A stretch of DNA of 64,000 bases. Origin: Selaginella moellendorffii. Taxonomy: Eukaryota; Plantae; Lycopodiophyta. The notes under the pieces were generated by a model. The model ran no database searches, was not told the origin of the DNA, and saw only the letters and a program-made list of their open reading frames with translations. This document shows, piece after piece, positions 1 to 12,167 of the stretch. Position 1 is the stretch's first letter, and each line of letters opens with the position of its first letter. Location of the stretch: NCBI RefSeq assembly GCF_000143415.4, contig NW_003314285.1, positions 1,205,370 through 1,269,369 on the forward strand. The letters run 5' to 3'. A program made the translations under genes and the position numbers.

Positions 1-2151
1 CACGGAAGCGGTGTAGGTCGCGCTGGGATTTCCCACATTGGTCACTGTCCTCTCCACCGTCTTGCTGGATCCATCCAAGAGGACTGCGATGGAGGGATAG
101 TTGAGGCTGAAAGAGGTGTCGTTCTTGGGGCATTTGCTGCTACTGTCGCCTGTGATGTTTTGGATTTGCTTGGAGGTATAGCCCGAGTTACAGAGATAGG
201 TGATATAGTCGAGAGGATCAGTGTCGTAGACTAGTCCTGGATCGACTGCTTTTGCTGGTTGGATCTCACCGTTTCCAACGTCGAAAACAGTCGCTGCCTT
301 GTTAGTGCTTGGATCGACGATTGTTTTGTTGGTGTTGTCTTTGGTGATAGCTGCCAAGAACACTCTTGAGTCTCCAGTTTTATTTTGTTTTCTCTCGACT
401 TACCTGTGGTCATGACTGCTGATTTGATCGCCGCAGGACTCCATGTTGGGTGAATGGATTTCAAGTAAGCGATGGTGCCACTGACGTGAGGGCACGCCAT
501 GGAAGTTCCAGAGAGAAAAGTGTACTCCACGAACACTTCCTTTCCATTGTCAGTGTCGGGGATATTGCTTGGCCAAGCTGCTAAGATCTCGACTCCTGGA
601 GCGGTAACGTCCGGCTGCAACGCGAGATAAGTCACAAGCTTCATGGTATGTCTTTCGAGTACCTTGATGATATCCGGACTGATTGTGTGTGGACCTCTTG
701 ACGAAAACTCCGCTACGACAGGTGCTGGCTTGTAAGGAATCGTTGTTCCTCTGAGAATTCGTGATTTACGACTGCACAGAAACCACGAGGCCAAGAGTAA
801 GTTTCCATCACCTTTTGATCATCTGTTATACTTACTTGGCTGCTATTTTAGCATCCTCGTTGATCTCCCTGTCGATTGTACTGGCACCGACTGTGAAGAT
901 CCAGGGAGCACCGTTGGACACCGATCCAGTAAATGGTCCAGAGTTTCCACCAGCGCAAGAGACCATGATCCCTCTTTCGACGGCGTGATAGGCACCAATC
1001 GCAATGACGTCTACGCTGTAAACTGCGGGATAGCCTCCGAGTGAGATGGACAGGACATCCACGCCGTCGTTGATGGCATCGTCGAAACCCGCAGCGATGT
1101 CAACCTCCTCGCAGCTATCCGTCCAGCAGACTTTGTACATGGCGATCCGAGCATTTGGAGCTCCTCCTCGGGCCGTGCCAGGAGCGAGTCCTCTCTTACT
1201 CGCGTGCGGAACCAGGCTCCCAGCAGCTGTCGACGACGTATGAGTTCCATGTCCAACCGAGTCTCTCGAGTTCTTGTATGGACCCGTCGAGACTTTCGCT
1301 CCGTTATAGTATCTGGCTCCAACGAGCTTCCTGGTAAGGAGTTCATTCATCACTTTAGTCTTTTCTTCTGGCAAACTATAACACGTACTTGTTGCAGTTG
1401 ACAGTCTCATTGGCTTTGGTGCCTGGTGGATTGACGCAAGTTCCTTTCCAACGAGCTGGCACAGGTCCCATGTCGGTGTCCTTGAAACTCTCCGACTCCG
1501 GCCAGATTCCTACGCACAGAACAAGTAAGCACATCGAGCTTTTTCGGGCGAGCTTTGTGAAGTTACCTGTGTCCAGAAGCCCGACGATCACGTCAGTGGG
1601 AGCACTTGGAGATCCAGCGTGACTGCTTTTGGCTGGCATGGCCATGCCGAGGAAATCCCACGAGTGTGTTGTCAGTGGATGGAGCGTTTTGCTGGGATAG
1701 ATGTTGAGGACCTCAGGCATTCCTACACAATGGTAACGATCGGTTTGTACTTTTCATGTGTTAAGCAATGACTAACTGGAGATTGTTTCGGCCTCTTGTT
1801 CGGTCAGGTATGCCGAGAATCCACTGAAGGCGTACTTGTAACTGAAGATGATGGACGAGCGAGCATTCTCGATGCTGCAAGACAAATTCTCGGAAGCGTG
1901 AGCCTCGCCAAGACACAAAGGGAATCGATCAAACCTTCCAACAGCTCTTGCAAGTATGTCATGGTGGATCAAGGTGAGCTCGCTCGATTCCACTCCTTTG
2001 CTAGTTCCCAGATATGCGATATAGGCCTGGAAGTTTTTCCACTTTCAAGCTTAAGCACGCTGGAAATCATTCTCACCTTCTTTGTAGGAGACCCGAGAAT
2101 CGCTTGGCACTGGAAGAGCAAGCAAGCAAGAAGTAGAAGCTGGAAAACCAT
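1..2151 (-). CDS. Subtilisin-like serine protease (plant subtilase, S8A), multi-exon, 3' end runs off the window; PA domain absent
   Basis: Signal peptide [18 protein letters not shown]9 propeptide ([13 protein letters not shown]...LTTHSWDFL). Catalytic motifs LLDTG, HGTHT and GTSMACPH, plus SPAAIKSA and NYPSI. Short GT-AG introns. Confidence 0.95.
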
Positions 2152-2457
2152 CTTTGCTTGCTTGCTAGGCTTGAGAAGCTATGGAGGAGAAAATCTTATT
2201 TATACTTGCGATTAAAATTGTCGTTTAGAATGTGTTAGAATGTGGAAGATTCTTTAGCGAAGAACTATTGTGAATGCTACTCAACGTAGGAATTTCTCTG
2301 GGATTGTAAAAGACAGGACATTACTGTCACTATTTCACGTTTGACTTTTTTTGTTTTTACGCGAAAGGGCTTCACAGTTTATTTACTTGTTAATTAATGG
2401 TAGAATCTTAATCTTTTTACAAAGCTCCAAAGAGCTTGGAGCTGTTCTTGTGATTTT

Positions 2458-3364
2458 TTACGCGGCGGTGGCTGGATCTTTGCCGCAACCCATGAGCAAA
2501 TGCGTGATCATCATGTTTCCTCGTCTCACCGATTCGGCCAATCGTCCCACCAGCGGGAGCTTCACTGTGTCTCTCGATTTTAATGGCTGCTTATGCCACC
2601 TGAAAACACGAAGTAAGTCTCTAAACGAAGTAGATCATGGCTTACAAGTCTTGGTGGCTGATCACTTTCCCATTCTCGACCTGATCAAAGAAGAAAGAAT
2701 CGAAAACTGTGAGAGATTCTTCTGACGAAAATGGAAGAGATTCTTCTCAAGCTTTTCTTTAATACCTTGAGCTTGATGAGTGACGGCATGTCGATTTGCC
2801 GGCCCAGAAACTTGTAGTGTTGGACGTTGTCAATGCGAATCTCTCCATTCTCTGGCTCCTCCACAACGCTGTAGTCGTCCGAGATTCGTCCCTCGCTAAA
2901 CACCTTCCAATCCATCGATGCGTTAGAAGCGGAATCACTCGAATTTGTGGACATGGCTTCTCTTCTCTTACCTTGGGAATGGAGTAGAAGGCCGATTTGA
3001 TCTGCGGGACACTGCGCAAGAAAGAAATCACATAGAATGAATCGATCGATCGAGAGAGCGATGCCTTGATACCCGTTTGCGCGCATCAGCGGGTCCTCAA
3101 ACGTGGCATTCGATGCGTAGACATCAAAATCCGCCGCGTTCGCCTTGCAATTGTATCTAAAACCATGAAATCTCGAGGGATTGGCAGCGAAAGCAATCGA
3201 AATGGCGCACTTACAGGTTGAGAATGTGAGGAAGAATGCTCCGCGCGAGCTGACTCAGGCCATCTGGCGCCAAGAACGCGTCAAAACGATACGCCGATCG
3301 ATAATTCGATGGAAATCCTACCTTGTGTCGCGTCGCCCTTGGTTGCCGCCGATGGATCCGCCAT
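2458..3364 (-). CDS. Small NTF2/SnoaL-like family protein (plant AT5G04830-like), multi-exon
   Basis: Manual splicing gives MADPSAATKGDATQ..ILPHILNL YNCKANAADFDVYASNATFEDPLMRANG VPQIKSAFYSIPK VFSEGRI..IDNVQHYKFLGRQIDMPSLIKLK VENGKVISHQDL WHKQPLKSRDTVKLPLVGRLAESVRRGNMMITHLLMGCGKDPATAA*. Family recognised from the FEDPL, QIKSAF and GKDP motifs. Confidence 0.8.
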
Positions 3365-3658
3365 AGCCGACACTCCACAGCTCAAAACCTTGCGTCTACA
3401 AAGAAGGCTACTAGACTGTAGAAACAACGCTTTGGACATTTACGTTTAAACAGTGTTATGGATAATTAGGGTTTACACGTGTCGCGTTTGCATGGCCTAG
3501 TGGATCCGTGGCAATCCTACGGCTGCCCACATGGCGAGCAAGTACCGTGACGCGATCGCGACCGTCCATCGTGGTTAATGGCAAAAGAGAGTAAAGAGAG
3601 ATTCTCATTTTCTTTGAGCTTAATCTTTTGATCGATCGATCGAATTCTTGTCGCGGCG

Positions 3659-5838
3659 ATGGAGGCGAGCTCTAATCTGGCATGGACGCTGATCCGGGAG
3701 GAGAGGTCGCGGATCGCGATCGCCACGGTCGCGGCGCTGGCGCCGCTGGTATGGGGAGGTCTGGTTTGGGTGTCCAGGCTTTCTTTCATCGGGCAGATCA
3801 TCGCCGGGACCGTCATGGGGATGGGAACCATGGGGGCTTTCCATTACCTCGGTGTCTATCGGACGCGCAAGCGAATGCACAAGGTAATTCTTTCTAGAGT
3901 GAGGCCAATCGTTCCAGATGGTTTTTAAATTCTTTCTTCCCGCAGGCTGTGACAATCGCGCAGCTCTCCATTGCTGATGCTCAGGTTCTAAAGAGATTTC
4001 TTCCTATCGAGGCACTGCCAAGCTGGATCCAAAACATCACAGACTTTGAAAAGGTACCGGACGATCACATTAGAACTTCTATCACTTTGTGCTTGACAAA
4101 ACCAACTTAAACAGGTTACTTGGCTCAACAGGGAGCTCGAAGAAGTTTGGCCTTTCTTGGATCAAGCAGCCTCGGAGATGATCAGGATGCAAATCCAACC
4201 AGTGCTGGATCAATACAAGTTTGGGCCGATCCAGAAACTCAACGTAAAGTCCGTTACTCTGGGAAAGGTTGCTCCTATGATCGGAGGTATGTGCGTTCTT
4301 CGTTCCTCTTTTTTTTGTTTTCTCAGCTCAATCGTTGTCCTTTCTTTCACCAGGCATTAAGTTCACTGGCGTAGGGAAGAACGAAGCAATGGTGGAAGTT
4401 GAAGTCGACTGGAGGCATGGTGAAGATCAGAAGTTTACTCTTGAAGTACAGACAACTGGACCGGATTTCACTGTTCAGGTAATGGACTCGTTTGTCTCGC
4501 TTGGAAAGTGTATGTTGTGATTCGCAGGTGAAAGACTTTGTCTTCTATGGAATTCTGAGAGCTGTGCTCAAGCCTCTGACCGACCAGTTGCCGTGCTTTG
4601 GTGCCGCTGTGGTTTCGCTGAGAGAACCTGTAAGTGTGCTCCTTTTTATTGACATCACTCATGTCTTGTTCAATGCACAGCCTACCATAGATTTCAAGAC
4701 TAAGTTCCTCGGCGGTGACCTGCTCCAGCTCCCTGGTCTGGATGGAATGATCGACGTGAGCATAAACTTTTCTTTGGTTTGAAGCTGTGTTTCAACTTTG
4801 CTTTGGTTGGCAGGAAATCATAAGGAACGCGGTGATGGATTTGCTTGTCTGGCCGAATAGGATGGTGATTCCAATACTTCCCGGCGACTACAGGTATCCC
4901 GGAAAGATTGTGTGGATTGTTTTTCTTATCCTGGCCATCCTTGGCTTGCAGCTTTATGGAAATGCGACCTGTCGCTTATCTTGAAGTCCACATCATAGAA
5001 GCCAAGCGTTTGCTCAACAAGGAAACGTTCGGCAAGTCTGATCCCTTCGTCTATGTGTACGTCCGACAAAAGCAAGAGCTCATGCAAAGAACGGCCACCA
5101 AAAGCAACACGAGCAATCCCACTTGGAACGAGCACTTTATCGTCGACGTAAGCAAAGTCTAGATTCTCTTCCACTGCTTAAGTTTCTGTTTCGAAGGTCG
5201 AGGATCCCCAGACCCAGAAGCTAAACCTCAGGGTGATGGACTCGGACCAGATGAACGCTGCTGATTTTCTTGGCTTTGCCGAGATCCCCATTCGAGAGGT
5301 AAAGAAACTTAGAAAGACTCGTCCATTTCCTCACAGACAGAGACACCTTTTCTTTCAGCTGGAACCAAACACCCCGAAGGATATGTGGGTGAAACTCGTC
5401 AAAGATCCTCGAAAGCCTCAAGACGAGAAAAACCGAGGGGAGATCCATCTCGTTGTCGCGTTCAAGCCTCACAAGCGCATGAACGAAGACGAGCATGAGC
5501 TCTTGCCTGCCGTGCCAGAGGGCGCTGGCGTCGCTCCTCCCACCGAGAAAAGCAAAGAAGACGAAGCCAAGAAGAGCGTCTCCACGCCTGAGCAACCGGA
5601 AACCAAGACCGCCACTCCAGCTCAAGAACACGATGGTGGCGGTGGTGATAGAGTAACAGCAGGTGGATTGGTGCTAAACAGGGCTGCGAGACCACCAACC
5701 AATGAGCCCATCGAAGGAACAAATCCAGAAGCTTTACCGGCAGAGAAGAAAGAATCGCTGGCACCATCGACTCCAACCAAAGAAAATGCCAAGGCTGCCG
5801 GGACTGAGACGATGAACCAAGATGGAGCTACCGAATAG
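3659..5838 (+). CDS. Synaptotagmin-like membrane-contact protein (N-terminal TM, SMP domain, one C2 domain, low-complexity tail), about 10 exons
   Basis: Spliced exons read LPSWI..FEKVTWLNRELEEVWPFLDQAAS, LKPLTDQLPCFGAAVVSL, WPNRMVIPI, and the C2 motifs GKSDPFV, NPTWNEHF, VEDPQTQKL and KNRGEIHL. Confidence 0.93.
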
Positions 5839-6305
5839 AGTCTGGAGGAGAGCGGCAATAAAGGTGAGAACTTTGAAGATCACTAGTGCGACGTAGTGTT
5901 TTATTCTCAAGAGTTTCGTTGTTTTTCCACGGAAAAAAAGAACTCTTCGTTCTACGTTACCAGGGGTGGTAGCACACTATGTACATGCCTCTTGAAGATA
6001 GAAAAAGAACTTTCGGAGCTCTTGGCACTCACAAATGTTACCCCCCTGAAAGAATTTTTTCTTTGTTTCCCAGAAACTTGGTCAGTTGATCCAAGCTCTA
6101 TCCTGTTCTAAAAAAAAAGGTTGTCATGAACCTATGAAGCACAGATTGATTGTACACACCTCACCAGGTTCTAACTTACCGGGGCTCCATGCTTTCGAAG
6201 CGACTGTACAAAGCTTTTCTTTCAGGAAACAAAAGGAAGCGAGAGGCCCTTTTCTTCTTCCAGTCGTAGCTTCACTGTCGTCCAGCAGTGTGTTCGTCGT
6301 CGTCG

Positions 6306-8511
6306 TCAAGTCTCGAGAGGTCCACTCACTGCTGCCTTGATCCTGCTGAGAGCCACCCTTACGGGAACGCAAGCAGCCACAGGCCAGTTCTCTTCCTCAA
6401 ACTCACGTCCGTTCCAAGCTCTTCCTCCGCCTGTGTTATTCACTCCTATCCCCGTCCCCTGTAAATGTACACTGGGCCTCTGCTCGCTCGCGATCGACGA
6501 CAGCGTCCTCGTCTTCCTCGACGACGCCACCACCTTCTTCACCAGCCTCTTGGACAGGCTCTCTTTGTGTGGCGGCTTGGCCTTTCTCCGCGAAGAAGAG
6601 CTTCCGGCAATCCCTTCCTGTCTAAAACAGGCATCCTGTTCTTCGTCGGACGTACCGCCCTCGATGGCCTCCACAACCACGGGGTATCCAACTACAGCTC
6701 GCCTGGTCAGTTTGCTCGCTAGTAGAACCATTGGCACCGACGGCTTCTGGACGATGCTGTCTTTCTCCACTGGAACGTCCAGCCATTCCTCCTGGTACCA
6801 TGCGGTTTCCTTCTCGGTCTTGATCTGTCCGAGCCTCGAGGGTGGTCTTTTCGCTGTAACCTGTTCCGTGTCACCCGACGCACCTTCGTCGTGCTCCTGC
6901 TTTACAAGAATCCTTCTCGGTGCTGCCCCTGGAAAACGCAAAACTTCATTGGTTAGCAGCAGCACCACCTTTTTTCACGGCTAAAAGACAGACTAAACCT
7001 TCTTCTCGCAGCTTTCTCAAACACCGTCTCGCCCTCTGGTGATCCGTTTCGTACCCTTTTCGTGCGCTTTCAAATAGTTCCTGAAAAGGACAAGTCAGAA
7101 ATCGCGGGCAGCTGACAAAGAGGCGACTCACATTGCTGAAAAAAAATCTTCCTCTCAGACTTACTTCTTCAGAGGGATGAGATCCATCGCAGCAATCACC
7201 GGTGGCATGACCGGAGAAACTGCAGCAAGTCCTGTCGGCTACACCTGTCGTATTGTTAGAAAAATCCTCTCTGCAACCTTCGGCGACTGAAGAAGTAAAT
7301 TCCACACCCATCCTCTCCAGCCCCCCTACAGCCTGGTTTCCTTCTACAAGAGCATCATCCTCGTCTACTATGTGCATCAGCTCACCGTCACCCGACAGAA
7401 ACTTTGCACTGCTTTCCAAAACCTGCGTAAGCGGCCTCCTGCGGTCACGCTTCCTAAGCGATCCTTCCTCCCCTGCCCCGCCAGCCACAGTTCTCTTCCT
7501 CTTTGTAGTAAACGACGGAACTTTAATGCCATTTAACGTTGAGCCCTTCCCACTCTGAGTCACGCAACTCTGGTGATTCTCTATGTTCTCATCGTAGACA
7601 CTGGCAGACCTTCTCCCTCTTCCGGCTGTTCGAAGTCCGAAGTCCTGCAATCCCCGCATTCTACGGAGTCCTTCCACCTCGTCCTCGTCAGGGTTCCACT
7701 CTTGCTCTTCTTGCCCCCTACCGGAGGAGGAAAGCCCACCAGAGTTATCGTCCTCTTCTGGATAAACTCGAGAATTCCCCGAATCCGTGTCATCGTCTGA
7801 TACTATCGGTTTTACCACCCGTTTTCGTCGTGATCGTGAGCGTGAGCGTGAACGAGTGCCTTCGACAGTGCTTACTTCCCTCTCCCCGTCATACTGTTCC
7901 CTCTTTCTGTATGCCGAGGACTCCACGAACCCGGACGAGCACTCCAGCTGCTGCCTCTCCAACTCCAAAGCATGGAGAATAGCATCCTCTCGCCGTGCAT
8001 ACTTCTCCCTCTTCTTGGTTGGCAATCCTGCTACAGCCTTGGCCTTCTCGATGCACTCCTCAAAATCTCCACAGCGGAAAGGCTTCACCCTCTTTGATTT
8101 CTCAATGTTGTACCAATCGCTGGTAAAGACAAACGGTGAGAACCACCATACTATTCTCAACAAGCAAAGCACCAAAGACCATCCAATATCGACCAAGAAA
8201 ACCACGAAAAACCATCCAAGATTAAATTTTTCCGGGAGATGGCACCTCCAAACCAGAAGGAAAAGAAAGATCATCCAAGCAAGCATGGCAAAGCAAAATG
8301 TAGGTTCTTACACGCTGCCGTCCTCCCTCCCGAGAAGCTTGACGGGAGTCCCCGATCTGGGTGAGAGGAGATTCGCTGTAGAGAGCTCGGAGTCCGAGAT
8401 AATTCTCCCCGGCCACCACGATCCATTCCTGCGCCTCACCCATACAATCGTGCCTACTGCTGTATCTACATTCGTGTAAGAATCCCTGGAAGAGCCACCC
8501 ATTCTGGGCAT
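6306..8511 (-). CDS. PWWP/Tudor-domain protein (At1g51745/At3g21295-like), multi-exon
   Basis: GTIVWVRRRNGSWWPGRI, SPRSGTPVKLLGREDGSV|DWYNIEKSKRVKPFRCG, KYARREDAILHALELE, RMRGLQDFGLR, VGYPVVVE and terminal ACVPVRVALSRI. Confidence 0.9.
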
Positions 8512-8825
8512 GCGTTGGCTTGACCCTTCCCGATCTCTCACCTACAGCGACAATCCCGCCTTGAGATTCCGGAGGAGGCTGAGGAGCTCGTCCAGGCGCT
8601 GGAACTGCATTGAATTGTCGCAAATCCGCGCGCTCTTGCCATGGGGGAGAGAGATCGACAAGGCCCGCGACATGAATTCCCGATCCGGGTCGCGATTCTT
8701 GCGCCACACACCTGCTGCCGCCTTGGCATCGTCGTCAGCGGATTCCGATCCAGCGCCGCGGCGGCGCCACGAGCCAGAACGTCGCAGCGCCCTCACGCGC
8801 CATAGCTAGAGCTCCTTCCGCGCCA

Positions 8826-8840
8826 AAACCCTAACCCTAG
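8826..8840 (+). promoter_or_regulatory. Telo-box-like element (AAACCCTAACCCTAG) upstream of the PWWP gene
   Basis: AAACCCTA motif in a GC-rich 5' region; a common plant promoter/5'UTR element. Confidence 0.4.
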
Positions 8841-9024
8841 AATTGACTTCATCATCGTCAACACCCCACGCGACCTCTCTCCGCCGCTCCGCCGCCGCCA
8901 ATTTTACCTCCACCACCGCCGCCGCCACCAGCGGGGATTCCACGTGGTTGCCCTAATATTTTCTTTTCTTTTTGCCACGTAGTTTTCTATATATATGGGT
9001 TCTTTGCAAATCAAACCTAAGGAA

Positions 9025-9330
9025 ATGGACGAGGATGGGAATGAATACAATCATTTTACTGATGATTCGGAGGATGAAATACATGAGGATGAGGAGGATG
9101 GGGATCTCCTCGCTATGCAATTCGAAGATGCTTATTCCACCCACGACACTGGAGTTACGCTTACAGATCCAACACAAATTCTCCAGCACCAAATTCTAAT
9201 CCTTCAGAATCGCTTGGAAAGCCTTGAGAAATTCGTGGAGCGATTAATTTGGCTGGTCGTTCTTGGCTTGTTAGCCTACATCGTTATAGGTGGGATGTGG
9301 CGCTATATTTCAATCGCTACTCGTGAATAA
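9025..9330 (+). CDS. Putative small orphan protein (acidic N-terminus, short coiled coil, C-terminal TM helix)
   Basis: 101-aa ORF from ATG 9025 with a TATATATA about 30 bp upstream; hydrophobic segment LIWLVVLGLLAYIVIGGMW. No family recognised. Confidence 0.45.
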   Translation: MDEDGNEYNHFTDDSEDEIHEDEEDGDLLAMQFEDAYSTHDTGVTLTDPTQILQHQILILQNRLESLEKFVERLIWLVVLGLLAYIVIGGMWRYISIATRE

Positions 9331-9623
9331 CTATGATTGGGCGATAATTCAATTTATCAAGCTCAACACTTTTCACTTTTGTTCCTAGATTCCTCCTCGT
9401 ACAAGGATGGATTGATGGATGTAGCATGAAGGGTGGCAAGAAGTGAATCTAGATTTACACCTCAACCAGGCAATAAACAATTGTCTCTAAATCCATGGTT
9501 CTAAGAACTCATTAACATGAATGATTAATTAAAAAAAATATTAGATTTAAACTACGCATGTTCGCGGAATATTTTTGCGCTCTTCATAGTTTTAAAAACG
9601 AAGGAAAGGTTTGATAATGAGAA

Positions 9624-12131
9624 ATGGTGGATGCGGTTGTCTACAAGGGCCAGATCGCGTCGGAATCGATCATCGAGCAAGACCGGCTCGCGAGGCTTGT
9701 GAAATCTTGCAAGAATCTCGCAAGCGCCAGGCGAATCCACGCCCAGATCGCCGCGAGCAAGCATGCCAGGGACAATCGTTACCTCGCGAATCTCCTCGTG
9801 GAGATGTATGCCAGGTGTGGGAGCCTGGACGATGCCAGGAACACGTTCCTCGCGATCCGGGAGCCCAATGTCTTCTCCTACAACATCGCCATCGCGGCGC
9901 TCGTCCGGGGCGGCGATCTGGCGGCGGCGCGAGAGATCTTCGACGCGATGCCAGAGAGGGCGACGGCGTCCTTCAACACGATGCTCCAGGGGTACGCGCA
10001 GAGGGGGGAAATCGCGAGCGCGGAGAGATTGTTCGCGGAGATCCCATCGCCGGACATTGTCTCGTGGAATTCGATGATAAGCATGTTTGCACAGGACAGG
10101 GATCTTGAGCGCGCGCAGCGGCTCTTTGACGCGATCCCGGAGAGAGATGCGCTCTCTGCGACGTCGATGATGCTCGCGTACTCCAATTGTGGACAAGTTG
10201 ATCTCGCCGAAGATCTCTACTGCTCTACTCCAGTTTGGGACGTACTAATGGGTAACACCTTAACATCTTGTTATGCCCAACATGAGAAATCTTTAGATGC
10301 TCAAAGAATCTTTGACACTATGCCCGAATGGGACATAATCTCTTGGAACAGCTTACTATCAGCAAATGCCCAAACTGGAAATTTGCTGTGTGCTCTTCAA
10401 AAGTTTGACACTATGCCAAAGCATAACCTAGTAACATGGAACACCCTAATAACCGCTAGTGCGTATTCTGGTAACGTGGAATATGCTGAAGAACTGTTTC
10501 AAAGAATGCCCGAGCGTGACGAGGTAACTTGGAATGCCATGTTATCTGCATATGCTCATAACCGGCATCTGGAAGAAGCAAAACGTTTCTTCGAAGAGAT
10601 GCCCTCAAAGAATGTGGTTGCGTGGAACATCCTCATGCATGCTTACTGCGAAGAGGGTAAGCTCGATGAGGTAAAGGGATTGTTTGAGAGAATGCCGTCT
10701 CGAAATGCCGCTACTTGGACGTGCTTAATCGAAGCAAATGCCGATTATGGGCACCTGGAAGATGCTCAGTCTGTCTTTGACAATATGCCAGAAAGAAACG
10801 TTGTGACATGGACGAGTCTGGTGGCAGGTTATCTATCAAATGGACATTTAGGTGGCGCGAAAAATGTGTTTGATAGCATGCCTGAGAGGAATGAGATCTC
10901 TTGGACAACAATCATAGTAGCGCTTGCCAAGAATGGGCATTTCGATCAGGCCAAGGATCTGTACGACCGGAGCCCGGCCAGAGACCTCGTGGCCCAAAAT
11001 GCGATGGTAGCAGCGTATGCACGGTACGGAAGGCTCGAAGATGCAAAGAAGTTTTTTGATTCAATGCCTGAGAAAGACGTGACAACGTGGAATGCTCTGA
11101 TGTCTGGCTACAAGAAGGAAGGGCTTTTGAAAGAGGCCGAGGAATTGTTTTCGAGAATTCCAAAGGGCGATGGAGTGTCATGGAACTTGATGTTGGCAGC
11201 TTACTCGCAGTGTAAGGGTCTAGACAAGGCAAAGGAGATGTTTGATCGAATGCCCGAGAAAGATCTCTTCTCCTGGAACTCCATGATGGCCGCTTACTCC
11301 CAAAACGCTGGAATCGAAAATGCGAAAGACATCTTTGAGAAGATGCCATGCCGGGACACGGTGTCCTGGAACTGTATGATTCAAGCATATGCTCAAAGAT
11401 CTCAGCTAGAAGAGGCTTGCCAGGTATTTGATGCCATGCCGGAGTTTCTCAAGGACGAGTTCTCGTGGACTTTGATGATCTCTGCGTTCTCCCAAGAAAC
11501 AAAGATTGAGCAGGCCAAGCAAACGTTTGATTCCATGCCAAACAAGAATGTAGTGGCGTGGACGTCAATCGTGGCTGCTTATGCCGACAATGGTCGAGTT
11601 TGCGGGGCCAAGAAACTCTTTGATTCCATGCCTAGAAAGGATTTGTGCTCGTGGAATGTGGTTGCTTCCATGTATGCTCGCTATGGTTTTTGTAGAGAAG
11701 CCATCGAGATCTTTAAGATCATGTGTTTGGAAGGATTTGATCCGGATGGAAAGACTTACGTGATTGTTCTTGCTGCTTGTTCCCACATTGGTCTAGTTCG
11801 CGAGGGTCTGCAAAAGTTTACGTGCATGGAGATGGATCATGGCATTCTAGCGCAAAAGGATCACTACAGAGCGCTTGCTGCGAGCTTTGGACGAGCAGGA
11901 GAGCTGAGGAACGCGGAAGACTTAACGGTGGCCATGGATGATCCCGATGGACAGGCCTGGAGAGCGTTTCTCGGAGCTTGCTCTGTTCACTTTGATGTTC
12001 GGCACGGGGTTTCTGCTGCAAAACATGCGCTTGTGGTAGGACCTGAAGCTGGCTCTGCTTACATTCTTCTTTCAAACACTCTGGCCTTGGAAAACACATT
12101 AAAAACAAGCTATAGAAAAGTTGTATACTAA
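9624..12131 (+). CDS. PLS-class pentatricopeptide repeat protein with a long run of 31-aa motifs and a short E-type end, no DYW
   Basis: Intronless 835-aa ORF with repeated FDxMPxxxxxxWNxMxxAY units and a terminal AWRAFLGACSVH..AYILLSN. Confidence 0.95.
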   Translation: MVDAVVYKGQIASESIIEQDRLARLVKSCKNLASARRIHAQIAASKHARDNRYLANLLVEMYARCGSLDDARNTFLAIREPNVFSYNIAIAALVRGGDLAAAREIFDAMPERATASFNTMLQGYAQRGEIASAERLFAEIPSPDIVSWNSMISMFAQDRDLERAQRLFDAIPERDALSATSMMLAYSNCGQVDLAEDLYCSTPVWDVLMGNTLTSCYAQHEKSLDAQRIFDTMPEWDIISWNSLLSANAQTGNLLCALQKFDTMPKHNLVTWNTLITASAYSGNVEYAEELFQRMPERDEVTWNAMLSAYAHNRHLEEAKRFFEEMPSKNVVAWNILMHAYCEEGKLDEVKGLFERMPSRNAATWTCLIEANADYGHLEDAQSVFDNMPERNVVTWTSLVAGYLSNGHLGGAKNVFDSMPERNEISWTTIIVALAKNGHFDQAKDLYDRSPARDLVAQNAMVAAYARYGRLEDAKKFFDSMPEKDVTTWNALMSGYKKEGLLKEAEELFSRIPKGDGVSWNLMLAAYSQCKGLDKAKEMFDRMPEKDLFSWNSMMAAYSQNAGIENAKDIFEKMPCRDTVSWNCMIQAYAQRSQLEEACQVFDAMPEFLKDEFSWTLMISAFSQETKIEQAKQTFDSMPNKNVVAWTSIVAAYADNGRVCGAKKLFDSMPRKDLCSWNVVASMYARYGFCREAIEIFKIMCLEGFDPDGKTYVIVLAACSHIGLVREGLQKFTCMEMDHGILAQKDHYRALAASFGRAGELRNAEDLTVAMDDPDGQAWRAFLGACSVHFDVRHGVSAAKHALVVGPEAGSAYILLSNTLALENTLKTSYRKVVY

Positions 12132-12167
12132 TTTTAAGTGAATCCATCACAGTTTAGGTTTGTAATC

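Noticed and set aside
6337-8479. Long plus-strand ORFs (215, 147 and 230 aa)
   Set aside because: They are antisense shadows of the PWWP gene exons.
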